A stretch of DNA of 63,890 nucleotides, the filler included. It is 5 parts of 5 records of this genome, joined end to end, with 100 filler letters (N's around TTAATTAATTAA, not from the genome) between each part and the next. Parts side by side here need not be neighbours in the genome. Positions count along the whole stretch, not along the records: positions 1 to 29,273 come from DRR723986_5151; 4 more parts are not named here. One strand, given 5' to 3'. A program made the translations under genes and the position numbers. The notes under the pieces are model-generated. The model was not told the origin of the DNA. It was given only the letters and a program-made list of their open reading frames with translations, and searched no databases. Positions 18,445 through 28,127 of the stretch are shown one piece after another (the first letter of the stretch is position 1; each line of letters starts with the position of its first letter).

Positions 18445-19602
18445 TCAGCGGAACATCGGCGGGCGGGCATCAACCCACCGGCCCTCGGCCTTGCCGCTTT
18501 CTGCCACGGCAAAGACCGCCGCCATCGAGCGCAACCCGTCTTCGGCGCGCGGATAAAGATCGGCGGCCGGGTCCATCGCTCGGCCGTCTTTATCGGCCCG
18601 GATCGCTTCGGCCAGATCGCGATAGATATTGGCAAAAGCCAGCGGCATGCCCTCGGCGTGACCGACTGTCACCCGGCTGGACCGATCGGCTTCCGGAGAC
18701 AATCCGCCCTCGCCCCGCTCGATCACCTGCAAGCGGCCCCGCAGCGGCATCCAATAGAGCTGATTGGGCTGTTCCTGGCTCCACCGCAAGCCACCGTTTT
18801 CCCCGAACACCTGCAAGGTCAGCCCATGCTGGCGCCCAAGCGCCACGGACGACGTCCACAGCCGCCCCACAGCCCCGCCATCAAAGCGCAGGTTGACCAT
18901 CGCGTCATCCTCCAGCTCGCGGCTGGCGATACAGCTGACGGTGTCGGCGGACAGGCGCTCTGCCTCCTGCCCGATCACGAAGCTGGCCATGTGCAGCGCG
19001 TGGATGCCGCAATCGGCGAATTGCGCCGACACCCCCGCCTGCGCCGGATCATAGCGCCACCGCACCCGCGGGTTGTCGGCATCGGCGGCATCGGCGTGGT
19101 GGCCATGGGCGAATTCCGCCTTAACCAGCCGGATCGCCCCAAGATCGCCACGCGCCACCATCGCGCGCATGTGGCGCACCAGCGGATAGCCGGTATAGCC
19201 GTAGTTCACTGCACAGATCCGCCCCGTGGCACGCGCGATCTTCACGATCTCTTCGCCCTCTTCCACGGTCATCGTCATGGGCTTTTCGCACAGGACATGA
19301 AAACCGGCCTCCAGATAGGCCTTGGTGATCTCGAAATGCGTGGCATTGGGTGTGGCGACAGTCACCAGATCCACGCGATCCGCCCGGCCCCGTTCACCGT
19401 CCAGCATCTCGCGCCAGTCGCCATAGGCACGGTCGGAATCCAGCCCAAGCCGCTTGCCATAGTCCCGGCCCGCATCGGGGCGATGGTCCAGCGCACCGGC
19501 CACAAATGAAAATTCACCGTCCAGCCCGGACCCAAGCCTATGTGCCGGGCCGATCTGGCTGCCTTCACCGCCGCCGATCATACCCCAGTTCAGTTTTCCC
19601 AT
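18445..19602 (-). CDS. Gfo/Idh/MocA oxidoreductase
   Basis: GMIGGGEGSQIG, TPNATH, CEKP, DCGIH. Confidence 0.9.
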   Translation of the reverse strand: MGKLNWGMIGGGEGSQIGPAHRLGSGLDGEFSFVAGALDHRPDAGRDYGKRLGLDSDRAYGDWREMLDGERGRADRVDLVTVATPNATHFEITKAYLEAGFHVLCEKPMTMTVEEGEEIVKIARATGRICAVNYGYTGYPLVRHMRAMVARGDLGAIRLVKAEFAHGHHADAADADNPRVRWRYDPAQAGVSAQFADCGIHALHMASFVIGQEAERLSADTVSCIASRELEDDAMVNLRFDGGAVGRLWTSSVALGRQHGLTLQVFGENGGLRWSQEQPNQLYWMPLRGRLQVIERGEGGLSPEADRSSRVTVGHAEGMPLAFANIYRDLAEAIRADKDGRAMDPAADLYPRAEDGLRSMAAVFAVAESGKAEGRWVDARPPMFR

Positions 19603-19614
19603 GGCGGGTCTCCC

Positions 19615-20505
19615 TCAGTCGAAGCCAATGGTTGTAAGATAGTCCCGGTTCGCCCGTGCATCGGCGAGCGGGGAAATGTTCAGCGTCGGATCGCAATCCT
19701 GTTCGACCGTGCACCAGCCGCGAAAGCCCTTGCGGCGCAGCACTTCGCGCGCGGCCTCGAAATTCACGTCGCCCTTGCCCAGATTGCAGAATATTCCCTG
19801 CCCGCATGCATCATAGAAGCCGGTGCGATTGGCGATCACCTCGGCCTTCACGCCCGGGTCGATATCCTTGAAGTGAATGTAGCTGATGCGATCCATGTGC
19901 CGCTTCATGAAGGCCACCGGATCGTAGCCCGCATAGGAATGGTGCCCGGTGTCAAAACAGATCTTCAACAGGTCTGCGTCAACCTCTTCCAGCAGGCGTT
20001 CCAATTCTGGCTCGAAATCGATGAAGCCCCCCGCATGGGCGTGGATCGACACAGTCAGCCCATAGACCTCGGCCCCCATCTTGGCGATGGTGACGATGCG
20101 GTTGCGAAAGGCGGTCCATTCCGCTGAATCCATTTGCTCGGCCTCATCCGCGCGACCGGCTGTGGGCGCGCGGCGCGGGGAAATCGCGTCGATCAGAACC
20201 AGTTGTTTCGCCCCGTGCGAGGCCAGCGCCTTGCAGGTGCGTTCCGCCCCGTCGACCACATCGAGCCACTTGCCGGGGTCATGAAACGGCCGGTAGACCA
20301 CGCCACCGATCAGCGACAGCCCGTGTTCATCCAGCGCTTCGGCCAGCACTTCGGGATTTTCCGGCATATAGCCCACGGGGCCAAGCTCTATGCCCTTGTA
20401 CCCTGCCTCGGTGCATTCCTTCAGAACCTTCCGCCATGGCGGGTTTCGCGGGTCGTTTGGATGTTCAACGCCCCACGAACAGGGCGCATTGCCGATCTGG
20501 ATCAT
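19615..20505 (-). CDS. Myo-inosose-2 dehydratase (IolE)-like TIM-barrel protein
   Basis: NAPCSWG, GIELGP, DTGH, IHFKD, VEQD. Confidence 0.75.
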   Translation of the reverse strand: MIQIGNAPCSWGVEHPNDPRNPPWRKVLKECTEAGYKGIELGPVGYMPENPEVLAEALDEHGLSLIGGVVYRPFHDPGKWLDVVDGAERTCKALASHGAKQLVLIDAISPRRAPTAGRADEAEQMDSAEWTAFRNRIVTIAKMGAEVYGLTVSIHAHAGGFIDFEPELERLLEEVDADLLKICFDTGHHSYAGYDPVAFMKRHMDRISYIHFKDIDPGVKAEVIANRTGFYDACGQGIFCNLGKGDVNFEAAREVLRRKGFRGWCTVEQDCDPTLNISPLADARANRDYLTTIGFD

Positions 20506-20514
20506 TTCCTGCCC

Positions 20515-21615
20515 TTAGAAATCCGATGGCGCTTGCCAACTGCGTGTAGAATCCGATGCCCGTGCCGCAGCAATAACGCGATGCACATCCAGCCCGGCTT
20601 CGAAGGTCGGCCAAACTGCCTTGCCCGTGTCGATGGCGGTCAGGAAATCATGCGCCTCGATGATGATCTGGTCCTGATAGCCGGTGCCATGACCTGCCCC
20701 CTGGCAAAATGGCAGATAGTCGGGGTGATCGGGGCCGGTCAGGATCTTGCGAAAGCCCTTTTGCCCTGTGGCATCGTCTTTGCGGTAGAGCCAGATCGCA
20801 TTCTGGTCCTCCTGATCGAAGCGGATCGCACCATCGGTGCCGGTAATCTCATAGGCATAGCCCATCTTGCGGCCCGTGGCGACGCGCGAAGCGCTGATAT
20901 GGCCCGTCACACCGCTGTCAAAGCGCACCATCATTTGCACCTGATCGTCGTTTGTCACCGGGATGCCGTTGCGGTCGGGGTAGACCGTTTCCATGACCGC
21001 GTTCAGTTCGGCAATCGGGCCCATCAGCGCAAGCGCCGCGTTGATGGCATGTGGGGCCAGATCGCCAAGGCACCCGTTGGCATCGCCTTCGCAGCGCCAG
21101 GCGGGGGTTTTCTGGGCGATATGGAAGTCCTCATCATGGGCACAGCGGAACCCGGTGATCCGGCCAAGTGCCCCCTCGGCCAGCAACTTGCGCACATACT
21201 GAGAGGCAGGGGTGCGGATGTAGTTATAGGCCACCATATTGGCGACACCGGCAGCCTTTGCGGCCGCCACCATCTCGCGCGCCTCGGCCGCATCCAGCCC
21301 CATCGGTTTTTCACACAGCACCGGCTTGCCCAGCGCCAGCGCTGTCTTTGCAATCTCCAGATGGGTACTTTGCGGCGAGGCGATCACTACGGCATCGACA
21401 GCGGGATCGGCAACCAGATCCTGCCAGTCCTGTGCCGCGCGGACGAATCCGAAGGCCTGCGCGTAGCGGTCCGCACTGGCGGGAGACGAGGCCGCGATGG
21501 CCGCAAGGCGCGGCTTCAGGCGAGTTTCGAACACGGCTCCGACAGAGGCAAACGCCACTGAATGGGCCTTGCCCATATAGCCGCCTCCCACGATTCCGAT
21601 GCCGATCTGGCTCAT
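20515..21615 (-). CDS. Gfo/Idh/MocA oxidoreductase (inositol dehydrogenase-like)
   Basis: IGIVGGGYMG, CEKP, GCLGDLAPH; start set to ATG 21615. Confidence 0.88.
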   Translation of the reverse strand: MSQIGIGIVGGGYMGKAHSVAFASVGAVFETRLKPRLAAIAASSPASADRYAQAFGFVRAAQDWQDLVADPAVDAVVIASPQSTHLEIAKTALALGKPVLCEKPMGLDAAEAREMVAAAKAAGVANMVAYNYIRTPASQYVRKLLAEGALGRITGFRCAHDEDFHIAQKTPAWRCEGDANGCLGDLAPHAINAALALMGPIAELNAVMETVYPDRNGIPVTNDDQVQMMVRFDSGVTGHISASRVATGRKMGYAYEITGTDGAIRFDQEDQNAIWLYRKDDATGQKGFRKILTGPDHPDYLPFCQGAGHGTGYQDQIIIEAHDFLTAIDTGKAVWPTFEAGLDVHRVIAAARASDSTRSWQAPSDF

Positions 21616-21642
21616 CGTTTCGGACCCCCCTAAATCACCATA

Positions 21643-21658
21643 TTGCAACCGGTTGCAA
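21643..21658. promoter_or_regulatory. LacI-type operator, perfect 16-bp palindrome in the divergent iol promoter
   Basis: TTGCAACCGGTTGCAA. Confidence 0.75.
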
Positions 21659-21714
21659 AATTGTTATCCTGAGCGCAAGCTTCATGCAACAGGGAATTCC
21701 GAGAGGATTGCGAA

Positions 21715-22683
21715 ATGGCAGATCTGGCGCGGCTTTCGGGCAAGTCTTTCCTTGTGATCGGGCGGGCGGGGATGGATCTCTATGCCGATCCCCCTGGTGC
21801 CCGGACAGAAGACGCGATGCAGTTCACAACCGCGCTTGGCGGGTCATCCGCCAATATCGCGGCGGGGCTGTGCCGTTTGGGCTGTCGGGCGGCGCTGCTC
21901 ACGCGGGTATCGGATGACGCAATCGGGCGGTTCTGCCTGAACCAACTGGACGCCTATGGCATTGATCGCACCCATGTTCACACCCAAGGCGGCGAGGCGC
22001 GCAATTCACTGGCGCTGGTCGAAACCCGGCTGGAAGATACGCAATCGGTGATCTACCGCAACGGCGCTGCGGATTTCGAAATGACAAAGGCGGATGTGGA
22101 GGCGGTCGACTATGCGCCGTTCTCTGCGCTCGTCACCACCGGAACCGTTCTGGCGGCTGAGCCGTCGCGCAGCGCCTGTTTCCGGGCCTTCGAGCTTGCC
22201 CAGGCCGCTGGCGTGCCACTGATCTTCGACGTGGATTATCGCCCCTATTCCTGGGCCTCGGCGGAAGAGGCCGCCAAGGTCTATTCCCGCGCCGCCGCGC
22301 TTTGCGACATCATCATCGGCAATGACGTGGAGTTCGGCTTCATGGCAGGCGGAATTGAAAAAGGGCTCGAAAAGGCTCGGTCGCTCATCAAGGACGGGGC
22401 GCAGATCGTCGTCTACAAGATGGGTGAACACGGCGCGATCACCCTTACCCAAGAAGGCGAGGTGCAAACAGGTATCTACAAGACCGAGGCGCTGAAACCC
22501 ACCGGCGCGGGTGACAGCTTCATGGCCGGGTTCCTCTCGGTACTGGCCTCGGGCGGCGATGTGGAAACGGCGGTGAAAACCGGATCGGCCGCTGCCGCCA
22601 TCGTCGTCTCTCGCGTCGGATGCGCCCCCGCCATGCCCACACCTGACGAACTTTCCGGCTTTATGGCCGATGCCGAGATATAA
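21715..22683 (+). CDS. iolC: 5-dehydro-2-deoxygluconokinase (PfkB family)
   Basis: GRAGMDLY, GGSSANIA, DVDYRPYSW, PTGAGDSF. Confidence 0.9.
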   Translation: MADLARLSGKSFLVIGRAGMDLYADPPGARTEDAMQFTTALGGSSANIAAGLCRLGCRAALLTRVSDDAIGRFCLNQLDAYGIDRTHVHTQGGEARNSLALVETRLEDTQSVIYRNGAADFEMTKADVEAVDYAPFSALVTTGTVLAAEPSRSACFRAFELAQAAGVPLIFDVDYRPYSWASAEEAAKVYSRAAALCDIIIGNDVEFGFMAGGIEKGLEKARSLIKDGAQIVVYKMGEHGAITLTQEGEVQTGIYKTEALKPTGAGDSFMAGFLSVLASGGDVETAVKTGSAAAAIVVSRVGCAPAMPTPDELSGFMADAEI

Positions 22684-22695
22684 AAGGATATCGCG

Positions 22696-23535
22696 ATGCA
22701 CATTCCCCCCCATGACAATCAGAACAAGGCGATTGTGGACATCGAAGACGCCCATGTTCCGCTGACCTATTTCAACATCGTCAAGCTGAAGGCGGGCGAG
22801 ACCTTCGATTATCGCCTTCAGGGCTATGAAACCTGCGTTGTTCCGGCCACGGGCACCGTCACAGTGGATTGCGGCGGAGAAACCTTCACGGATATCGGCA
22901 ACCGGGGCGCGGATGTCTGGGATGGGGAGCCCGAGGGCGTCTATGTGCCAACCGACACCGGCTGCCGCATCACCGCCCGGACCGATACCGAGACCTTCAT
23001 CGCAGGCGCGAAATTTGCCGAGACATTGAAGCCCTTCGCCGTTCGCAAGACCGAGCTGGATCTCGTTCAATACGGGTCAGACGACACCAAGACGCATCGC
23101 AAGATCAAGCATATCCTTGGCGCGGGCCATCATGACCGCGTCGGCCGGTTGCTTGTCAGCGAGTTGTTTACCGTCGGCGCGGGCGGCTGGTCGGGTTTCC
23201 CGTCCCACAAGCACGATACCGACCGCCTGCCCGACGAAACCCGCCATGACGAATGTTACAACTTCCGCTTCAAGCCGGATTACGGCTCCGGCCTTCAGAT
23301 GTTGCAGCGCGTCAACAACGAGCCGGGCGACGCCTATCACATCATGGATGGCTCGACCGTGCTGATCGACAAGGGCTATCACCCCTGCTGCGCACTGCCG
23401 GGCTATGAGATGTATTATTTTACCATTCTGGGCGGGCTCAGCCAACGCAGCCTCAAACAGTTTTTCCAGCCCACCCACGCGGAACAGCTGCACACGATCC
23501 CGGGCATCATGGATATGGTGGCGAAGTTCAAATGA
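22696..23535 (+). CDS. iolB: 5-deoxy-glucuronate isomerase
   Basis: GWSGFPSHKHD, HDECY, KGYHP; follows iolC. Confidence 0.9.
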   Translation: MHIPPHDNQNKAIVDIEDAHVPLTYFNIVKLKAGETFDYRLQGYETCVVPATGTVTVDCGGETFTDIGNRGADVWDGEPEGVYVPTDTGCRITARTDTETFIAGAKFAETLKPFAVRKTELDLVQYGSDDTKTHRKIKHILGAGHHDRVGRLLVSELFTVGAGGWSGFPSHKHDTDRLPDETRHDECYNFRFKPDYGSGLQMLQRVNNEPGDAYHIMDGSTVLIDKGYHPCCALPGYEMYYFTILGGLSQRSLKQFFQPTHAEQLHTIPGIMDMVAKFK

Positions 23536-24359
23536 CCCGAGCAACGCTGTCAGAGGTTCTGCAACCGGCATTGGCGGGCGGCTATGCGGTGGCGGGATTG
23601 GTGTGCCTAGGCTGGGAAGACGCCCGCGCCTATGTGGCCGCCGCCGAAGCCGAAGGCGCGCCGGTCATCCTGCAAGCGGGCCCCGGCGCGCGGGCGCATA
23701 CCCCCCTGCCCGTCTGGGGCGCGATGTTCCGGGAACTGGCAGGGGGCGCTTCGGTGCCGGTGGTCACGCATCTGGACCATGGCACGGATGAAGAAGACTG
23801 CCGGATCGCCATTGAAGAGGGCTTCACTTCGGTAATGTATGACGGGTCGCGGCTGGCCCTGGAGGACAACATCGCGCAGACCGCCCGCATCGCGAGGATG
23901 GCCCATGCCGCTGGCGTCAGCTGCGAGGGCGAGATCGGGTTCGTAGGATACGCGGCGGGCGAGGCCTCTCGCGGGACCGACCCGGACGAGGCCGCACGCT
24001 TTGCAGGGGAAACCGGGGTTGATGCCATGGCCATATCCGTCGGCAACACACACCTGCAAACCACGGCGGGTGATGGGCTGGACGAGGCGCGCATCGCGGC
24101 AATTGCGGCGCTGACCCCGACACCCTTGGTCATCCATGGCGGATCGGGCGTGCCGCATGACCAGCGCCTGCGCCTCGCCACCGGGACCAGCATCTGCAAG
24201 TTCAACATCGGCACCGAACTGCGCCAGATCTTCGGCACGACCCTCCGGCATACACTGGCGGCGCACCCGGAGATGTATGATCGGATCGGTATTCTGTCGT
24301 CCCTTCATGACCCGCTTGTGCAGGCTGCGCGGACGGTGATCCGGGGCCTGCGCCCCTGA
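23532..24359 (+). CDS. Class II fructose-bisphosphate aldolase family (IolJ-like)
   Basis: HLDH, SVMYDGS, EGEIG, GNTH, IHGGSG, KFNIGTELR. Confidence 0.88.
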   Translation: MTRATLSEVLQPALAGGYAVAGLVCLGWEDARAYVAAAEAEGAPVILQAGPGARAHTPLPVWGAMFRELAGGASVPVVTHLDHGTDEEDCRIAIEEGFTSVMYDGSRLALEDNIAQTARIARMAHAAGVSCEGEIGFVGYAAGEASRGTDPDEAARFAGETGVDAMAISVGNTHLQTTAGDGLDEARIAAIAALTPTPLVIHGGSGVPHDQRLRLATGTSICKFNIGTELRQIFGTTLRHTLAAHPEMYDRIGILSSLHDPLVQAARTVIRGLRP

Positions 24360-24361
24360 TC

Positions 24362-24398
24362 TGGCAGGATCGGTCAACGCCTTGGCAGGCGCGGTCAA
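24362..24398 (+). promoter_or_regulatory. 16-bp direct repeat at 21-bp period, AraC-type site candidate
   Basis: TGGCAGGATCGGTCAA and TGGCAGGCGCGGTCAA. Confidence 0.55.
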
Positions 24399-24459
24399 GA
24401 CCCGCGCCGCCATCCTCTGGCAATTCCTTTGCATCACCACCAAGCAAAGGATTGACCCC

Positions 24460-25299
24460 ATGCAAGACCAACCCATCCTCGTTATCGGCGCCACCGGCAA
24501 AACCGGCGCGCGGATTGTCGAACTGCTGGAAGCCCGTGGCCACAGCGTCCGCCCCGGTGCCCGCACTGCCCCCATCCCCTTCGACTGGGAGGATGAGACC
24601 ACATGGCAGCCCGCGCTGACCGGCGTGCGTGCGGCCTATGTCAGCTACTTCCCCGACCTCGCCTTCCCCGGCGCGGCGGAAAAGATCGAGGCCCTGACAA
24701 AGCTCTCCAGGGAAATGGGCACCGGGCGGCTGGTGCTGCTGTCGGGCCGCGGCGAAACCCATGCCAAGCATTGTGAGGACATCGTGCGCAACTCCGGCGT
24801 TGATTTCACCCTCGTGCGCTGTGCGTGGTTTGCTCAGAACTTCTCGGAAGGATACCTGCGCGACCCGGTGATGGGTGGCGTGCTGGCTATTCCGGCGGGC
24901 GATGTGCGTGAACCGATCGTGGACGTGGACGATATTGCCGAAGTCGCCGCCGCCGCGCTGACCGAGGACCGCCATTCCGGCGAGTTGTACGAGATCACCG
25001 GCCCGCGCCTGCTGCACTTTTCCGATGCCGGGAAAGCCTTGGAAGAGGCCACGGGCCGCCCCGTCCGCTATCAGCCAATCACGTTGCAGCAGTTTCACGA
25101 GGCCATGACCGGGATCGGCGGCAGCTTCATCGCCGATGTCTTCACCCATGTCTGTGAAGAGGCGCTGGATGGCCGCAACGAATGGCTTGGCGACGGGGTA
25201 GAGCGCGCTCTTGGTCGGCAACCCACGGACTTCACGGAATTCTGTCGCCGCGCCGCCGATGCGGGCGCATGGGCCGACACCGCCGCAGGGAGGATCTGA
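24460..25299 (+). CDS. NmrA-like NAD(P)H-binding protein
   Basis: GATGKTG, LLSGRGE, WFAQNFSE; start set to ATG 24460. Confidence 0.85.
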   Translation: MQDQPILVIGATGKTGARIVELLEARGHSVRPGARTAPIPFDWEDETTWQPALTGVRAAYVSYFPDLAFPGAAEKIEALTKLSREMGTGRLVLLSGRGETHAKHCEDIVRNSGVDFTLVRCAWFAQNFSEGYLRDPVMGGVLAIPAGDVREPIVDVDDIAEVAAAALTEDRHSGELYEITGPRLLHFSDAGKALEEATGRPVRYQPITLQQFHEAMTGIGGSFIADVFTHVCEEALDGRNEWLGDGVERALGRQPTDFTEFCRRAADAGAWADTAAGRI

Positions 25300-25301
25300 C
25301 A

Positions 25302-25805
25302 ATGGCCGTCTGGATTCTTCTGATCGCACAGGTCTCGGTCCTGGCCTACGGGCTGCTTGGCGGGGTGTTTCTGGCGTTTTCCGATTTCATCATGCGCTCG
25401 CTCGGGCAGGTCGCGGGCCATGGCGGGGTAGAGGCCATGCAATTCATCAACCGAGAGGTCTTTCGCATCGTCTTCATGGCGCTTTTCCTTGGCATGGCAC
25501 CGGTGTCGATCCTGCTGATCGTGCATGGCCTGGCCTGGGGCGAAGGCAGCGGATCGCTGCTGATCGCGGGGGCCGGGGCCACCTACCTGATCGGTGGCTT
25601 TCTGGTGACGGTGGTCTTCAACGTGCCGCTGAACGAAACGCTCGCCACGATGGACACCGAGGCCCCTGCCACGGCCCGGTTCTGGCAGGAGACATATCTG
25701 CCGCGCTGGACCTTCTGGAACTCGGTCCGGACCGGTGCCTGTGCGCTGGCCTCGGTCCTGATGATGCTGGGTCTGATCTGGTCAGTGCAAGGCACCCCGG
25801 CCTGA
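25302..25805 (+). CDS. DUF1772 / anthrone oxygenase family membrane protein
   Basis: GGVFLAFSDFIM, AMQFIN, FNVPLNE, WTFWNSVRT; SD GGGAGG. Confidence 0.85.
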   Translation: MAVWILLIAQVSVLAYGLLGGVFLAFSDFIMRSLGQVAGHGGVEAMQFINREVFRIVFMALFLGMAPVSILLIVHGLAWGEGSGSLLIAGAGATYLIGGFLVTVVFNVPLNETLATMDTEAPATARFWQETYLPRWTFWNSVRTGACALASVLMMLGLIWSVQGTPA

Positions 25806-25947
25806 GACACGACTTGACTCGTTCCCGGCACGCTGCCGGGGGCGATTTGATGCTTACGGACAACAGCTTGATACGCATGGTCATGGTGGTTGAGGCGGCC
25901 AATTCCTAATTTTGACCTATCGCAACCCAGAACCAAGGCCCGAACCA

Positions 25948-26817
25948 ATGCTCCGCCCCCCTGCCGACCTCGCACCCACCCCGCACGCCAAAACCGTCCT
26001 GATTGCCGGGGCGACCGGTTATCTCGGGCGCTTTCTGGTTCAGGAATATGCGCGCCGGGGCTGGCGGGTGAAGGCGCTGGTGCGCCGCGATGCGGATCTG
26101 CCGGTCGAGATGGTCCATGCCGAAGCCACGAGGCCCGACACCCTTGAAGGCACCATGGACGGCGTCGATCTGGTGATCTCTGCGCTTGGCATCACCCGGC
26201 AGCGCGACGGGCTGACCTATCGCGACGTGGATTATCAGGCGAATGCAAACCTGCTGGCCGAGGCTGTCCATGCCGGGGTGTCCCGCTTTGCCTATATCCA
26301 TGTGCTGAACGCAGACCGCATGGCCCATGTGCCGCTGGTGGCCGCGAAAGCGGAATTCGTAACCTTGTTGCAAGCGGCCCCGATAGCCTCGACGATCATC
26401 GCGCCCTCCGGCTATTTCTCGGATATGGGCGATTTCCTATCCATGGCGCGCAGTGGCCGGGTCTGGCTGTTCGGCAACGGCACCCACAGGATCAACCCGA
26501 TCCACGGTGCCGATCTGGCCCGAGCCACGGCAGAGGCAATTGATGCTGGCCGCGACTGGATGGATGTGGGCGGCCCGACTGCGTTCAGCCATGATGAACT
26601 GGCGGCTCTTGCCTTCGATGCGCTTGGCAAGCCGCCCCGCATCACCCACTTGCCCGATGCGCTGCGCCGTCTGACCCTGAAAGTCCTGCCCTGGGTGACA
26701 CCTGCCCATATCCATGGCCCGGCGCTCTTTTTCCTGACCGCCATGGGCGATGATATGGTGGGCGAGCTGCGCGGGTCGCATCGGTTGTCCACCCATTTCA
26801 GAACCCTCGCGTCCTGA
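25948..26817 (+). CDS. Atypical SDR / NAD(P)H-binding oxidoreductase
   Basis: AGATGYLG, DVDYQAN, NPIHGADLA; start codon uncertain (25912 or 25948). Confidence 0.82.
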   Translation: MLRPPADLAPTPHAKTVLIAGATGYLGRFLVQEYARRGWRVKALVRRDADLPVEMVHAEATRPDTLEGTMDGVDLVISALGITRQRDGLTYRDVDYQANANLLAEAVHAGVSRFAYIHVLNADRMAHVPLVAAKAEFVTLLQAAPIASTIIAPSGYFSDMGDFLSMARSGRVWLFGNGTHRINPIHGADLARATAEAIDAGRDWMDVGGPTAFSHDELAALAFDALGKPPRITHLPDALRRLTLKVLPWVTPAHIHGPALFFLTAMGDDMVGELRGSHRLSTHFRTLAS

Positions 26818-26834
26818 CCCTGTCGGAGCCTCTG

Positions 26835-27500
26835 ATGACCCTGATCAAACCCGGTGGCATCGCCGCCTTCGTCTGCGCCGCGACATATATCGTAGGCTTT
26901 GCGCTGCTGCTGACGCTTCTGGCCCCGCTTGGCTATGGCAGCGACAGCATCGACCCAGTCGCCGTGGTGGCGTTCACTGCAGATAATCCCGGCCTGATGA
27001 TCGCGTGGAACAGCACGATCTATATCGTCAATGCACTGGCGCTTGTGCTGCTTGTGCTGGCCATCCATGCGCGTCTGGCTTGTGCAACACCCGGTTGGGC
27101 GGAAGCGACAAAGGGCATCGGGCTGATCTGGGCGACGCTGGTGCTTGGCGCGGGAATGCTGGCCAATGTGTCGGTGGAACAGACGTTGCGGCTGGCCCAG
27201 ATCGACCCCGTCGCGGCCGCACAGACCTGGGTCTTGCTGCACGCAGTCGAACTGGGGCTTGGCGGCGGAAACGAGATCGCGGGCGGCGTCTGGATTCTGT
27301 GCGTCGGATTGGCCGCCCTTCAAGGCCACGCTTTGCCCCGGGTGACCGCCCTGCTCGCGGTGCTGGTCGGGGGCGCGGGCCTGCTGACCGTAGTGCCAGC
27401 CCTGGGCGAACTGGCCGGGGCCGTGTTCGGCCTTGGCGCGATCCTTTGGTTCTTGCTGGTCGGCCTGAGTCTTTTGCGCCACAGCCCCACGGGCCCGTGA
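26835..27500 (+). CDS. Integral membrane protein (DUF4386-like)
   Basis: About six hydrophobic segments; GLGGGNEIAGGVW motif. Confidence 0.7.
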   Translation: MTLIKPGGIAAFVCAATYIVGFALLLTLLAPLGYGSDSIDPVAVVAFTADNPGLMIAWNSTIYIVNALALVLLVLAIHARLACATPGWAEATKGIGLIWATLVLGAGMLANVSVEQTLRLAQIDPVAAAQTWVLLHAVELGLGGGNEIAGGVWILCVGLAALQGHALPRVTALLAVLVGGAGLLTVVPALGELAGAVFGLGAILWFLLVGLSLLRHSPTGP

Positions 27501-27579
27501 TTTGCAATCCCCAAAGCTTTACCCTATGTAAAGGTTTCCCAACCTATAAAATCAAAACCCGAGCAGTCGTTTAACAATT

Positions 27580-28038
27580 ATGGTCGATTTCCTGAAGAAA
27601 GCCTGGAGCGAGGTGCTCCATCCGTTTCTGCAACGCCCCAAGCGTTTGCAGGTGGCGGCGCTGTGCTATCGGACGGATGCGGCAGGCAAGAAGGTTCTGC
27701 TTGTGACCAGCCGGGGCACCGGTCGCTGGATCCTGCCCAAGGGCTGGCCGATCAACGGGCTGGATGCGGGGCAAGCCGCGCTGCAGGAAGCCTGGGAAGA
27801 GGCCGGGGTGCGCAAGGGCGCGGTCGAGGGTCGCGCGATCGGCACCTACACCTATGACAAGGCCCTGGACGAGGGCTGGAGCATCGAGATCGAGACACTG
27901 GTCTACCCGGTCGAGGTCGAAACCATGCGCGAAAAGTTCCCCGAAGCGCATCAGCGCAGACGCGCCTGGGTAAAGCCATCGGAAGCCGCCAATATGGTCC
28001 GCGAGCCAGAGCTTCAGTCGATCCTGCGTGATTTGTAA
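27580..28038 (+). CDS. NUDIX hydrolase (Ap6A/DIPP-like)
   Basis: LLVTSRGTGRWILPKGW...AALQEAWEEAGV. Confidence 0.9.
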   Translation: MVDFLKKAWSEVLHPFLQRPKRLQVAALCYRTDAAGKKVLLVTSRGTGRWILPKGWPINGLDAGQAALQEAWEEAGVRKGAVEGRAIGTYTYDKALDEGWSIEIETLVYPVEVETMREKFPEAHQRRRAWVKPSEAANMVREPELQSILRDL

Positions 28039-28061
28039 CGCTTTTATGAAGAATTTGTAAC
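28033..28061 (+). promoter_or_regulatory. Pho-box-like / OmpR-family repeats upstream of pit
   Basis: TTGTAAC-N4-TTATGAA-N4-TTGTAAC, 11-bp period. Confidence 0.4.
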
Positions 28062-28127
28062 AAGGGCGGTTGATTTGCGACACGCTCTTGCCTAGGCCCA
28101 AGCCGCAGAGCGAGGGGAGCACTGGGC

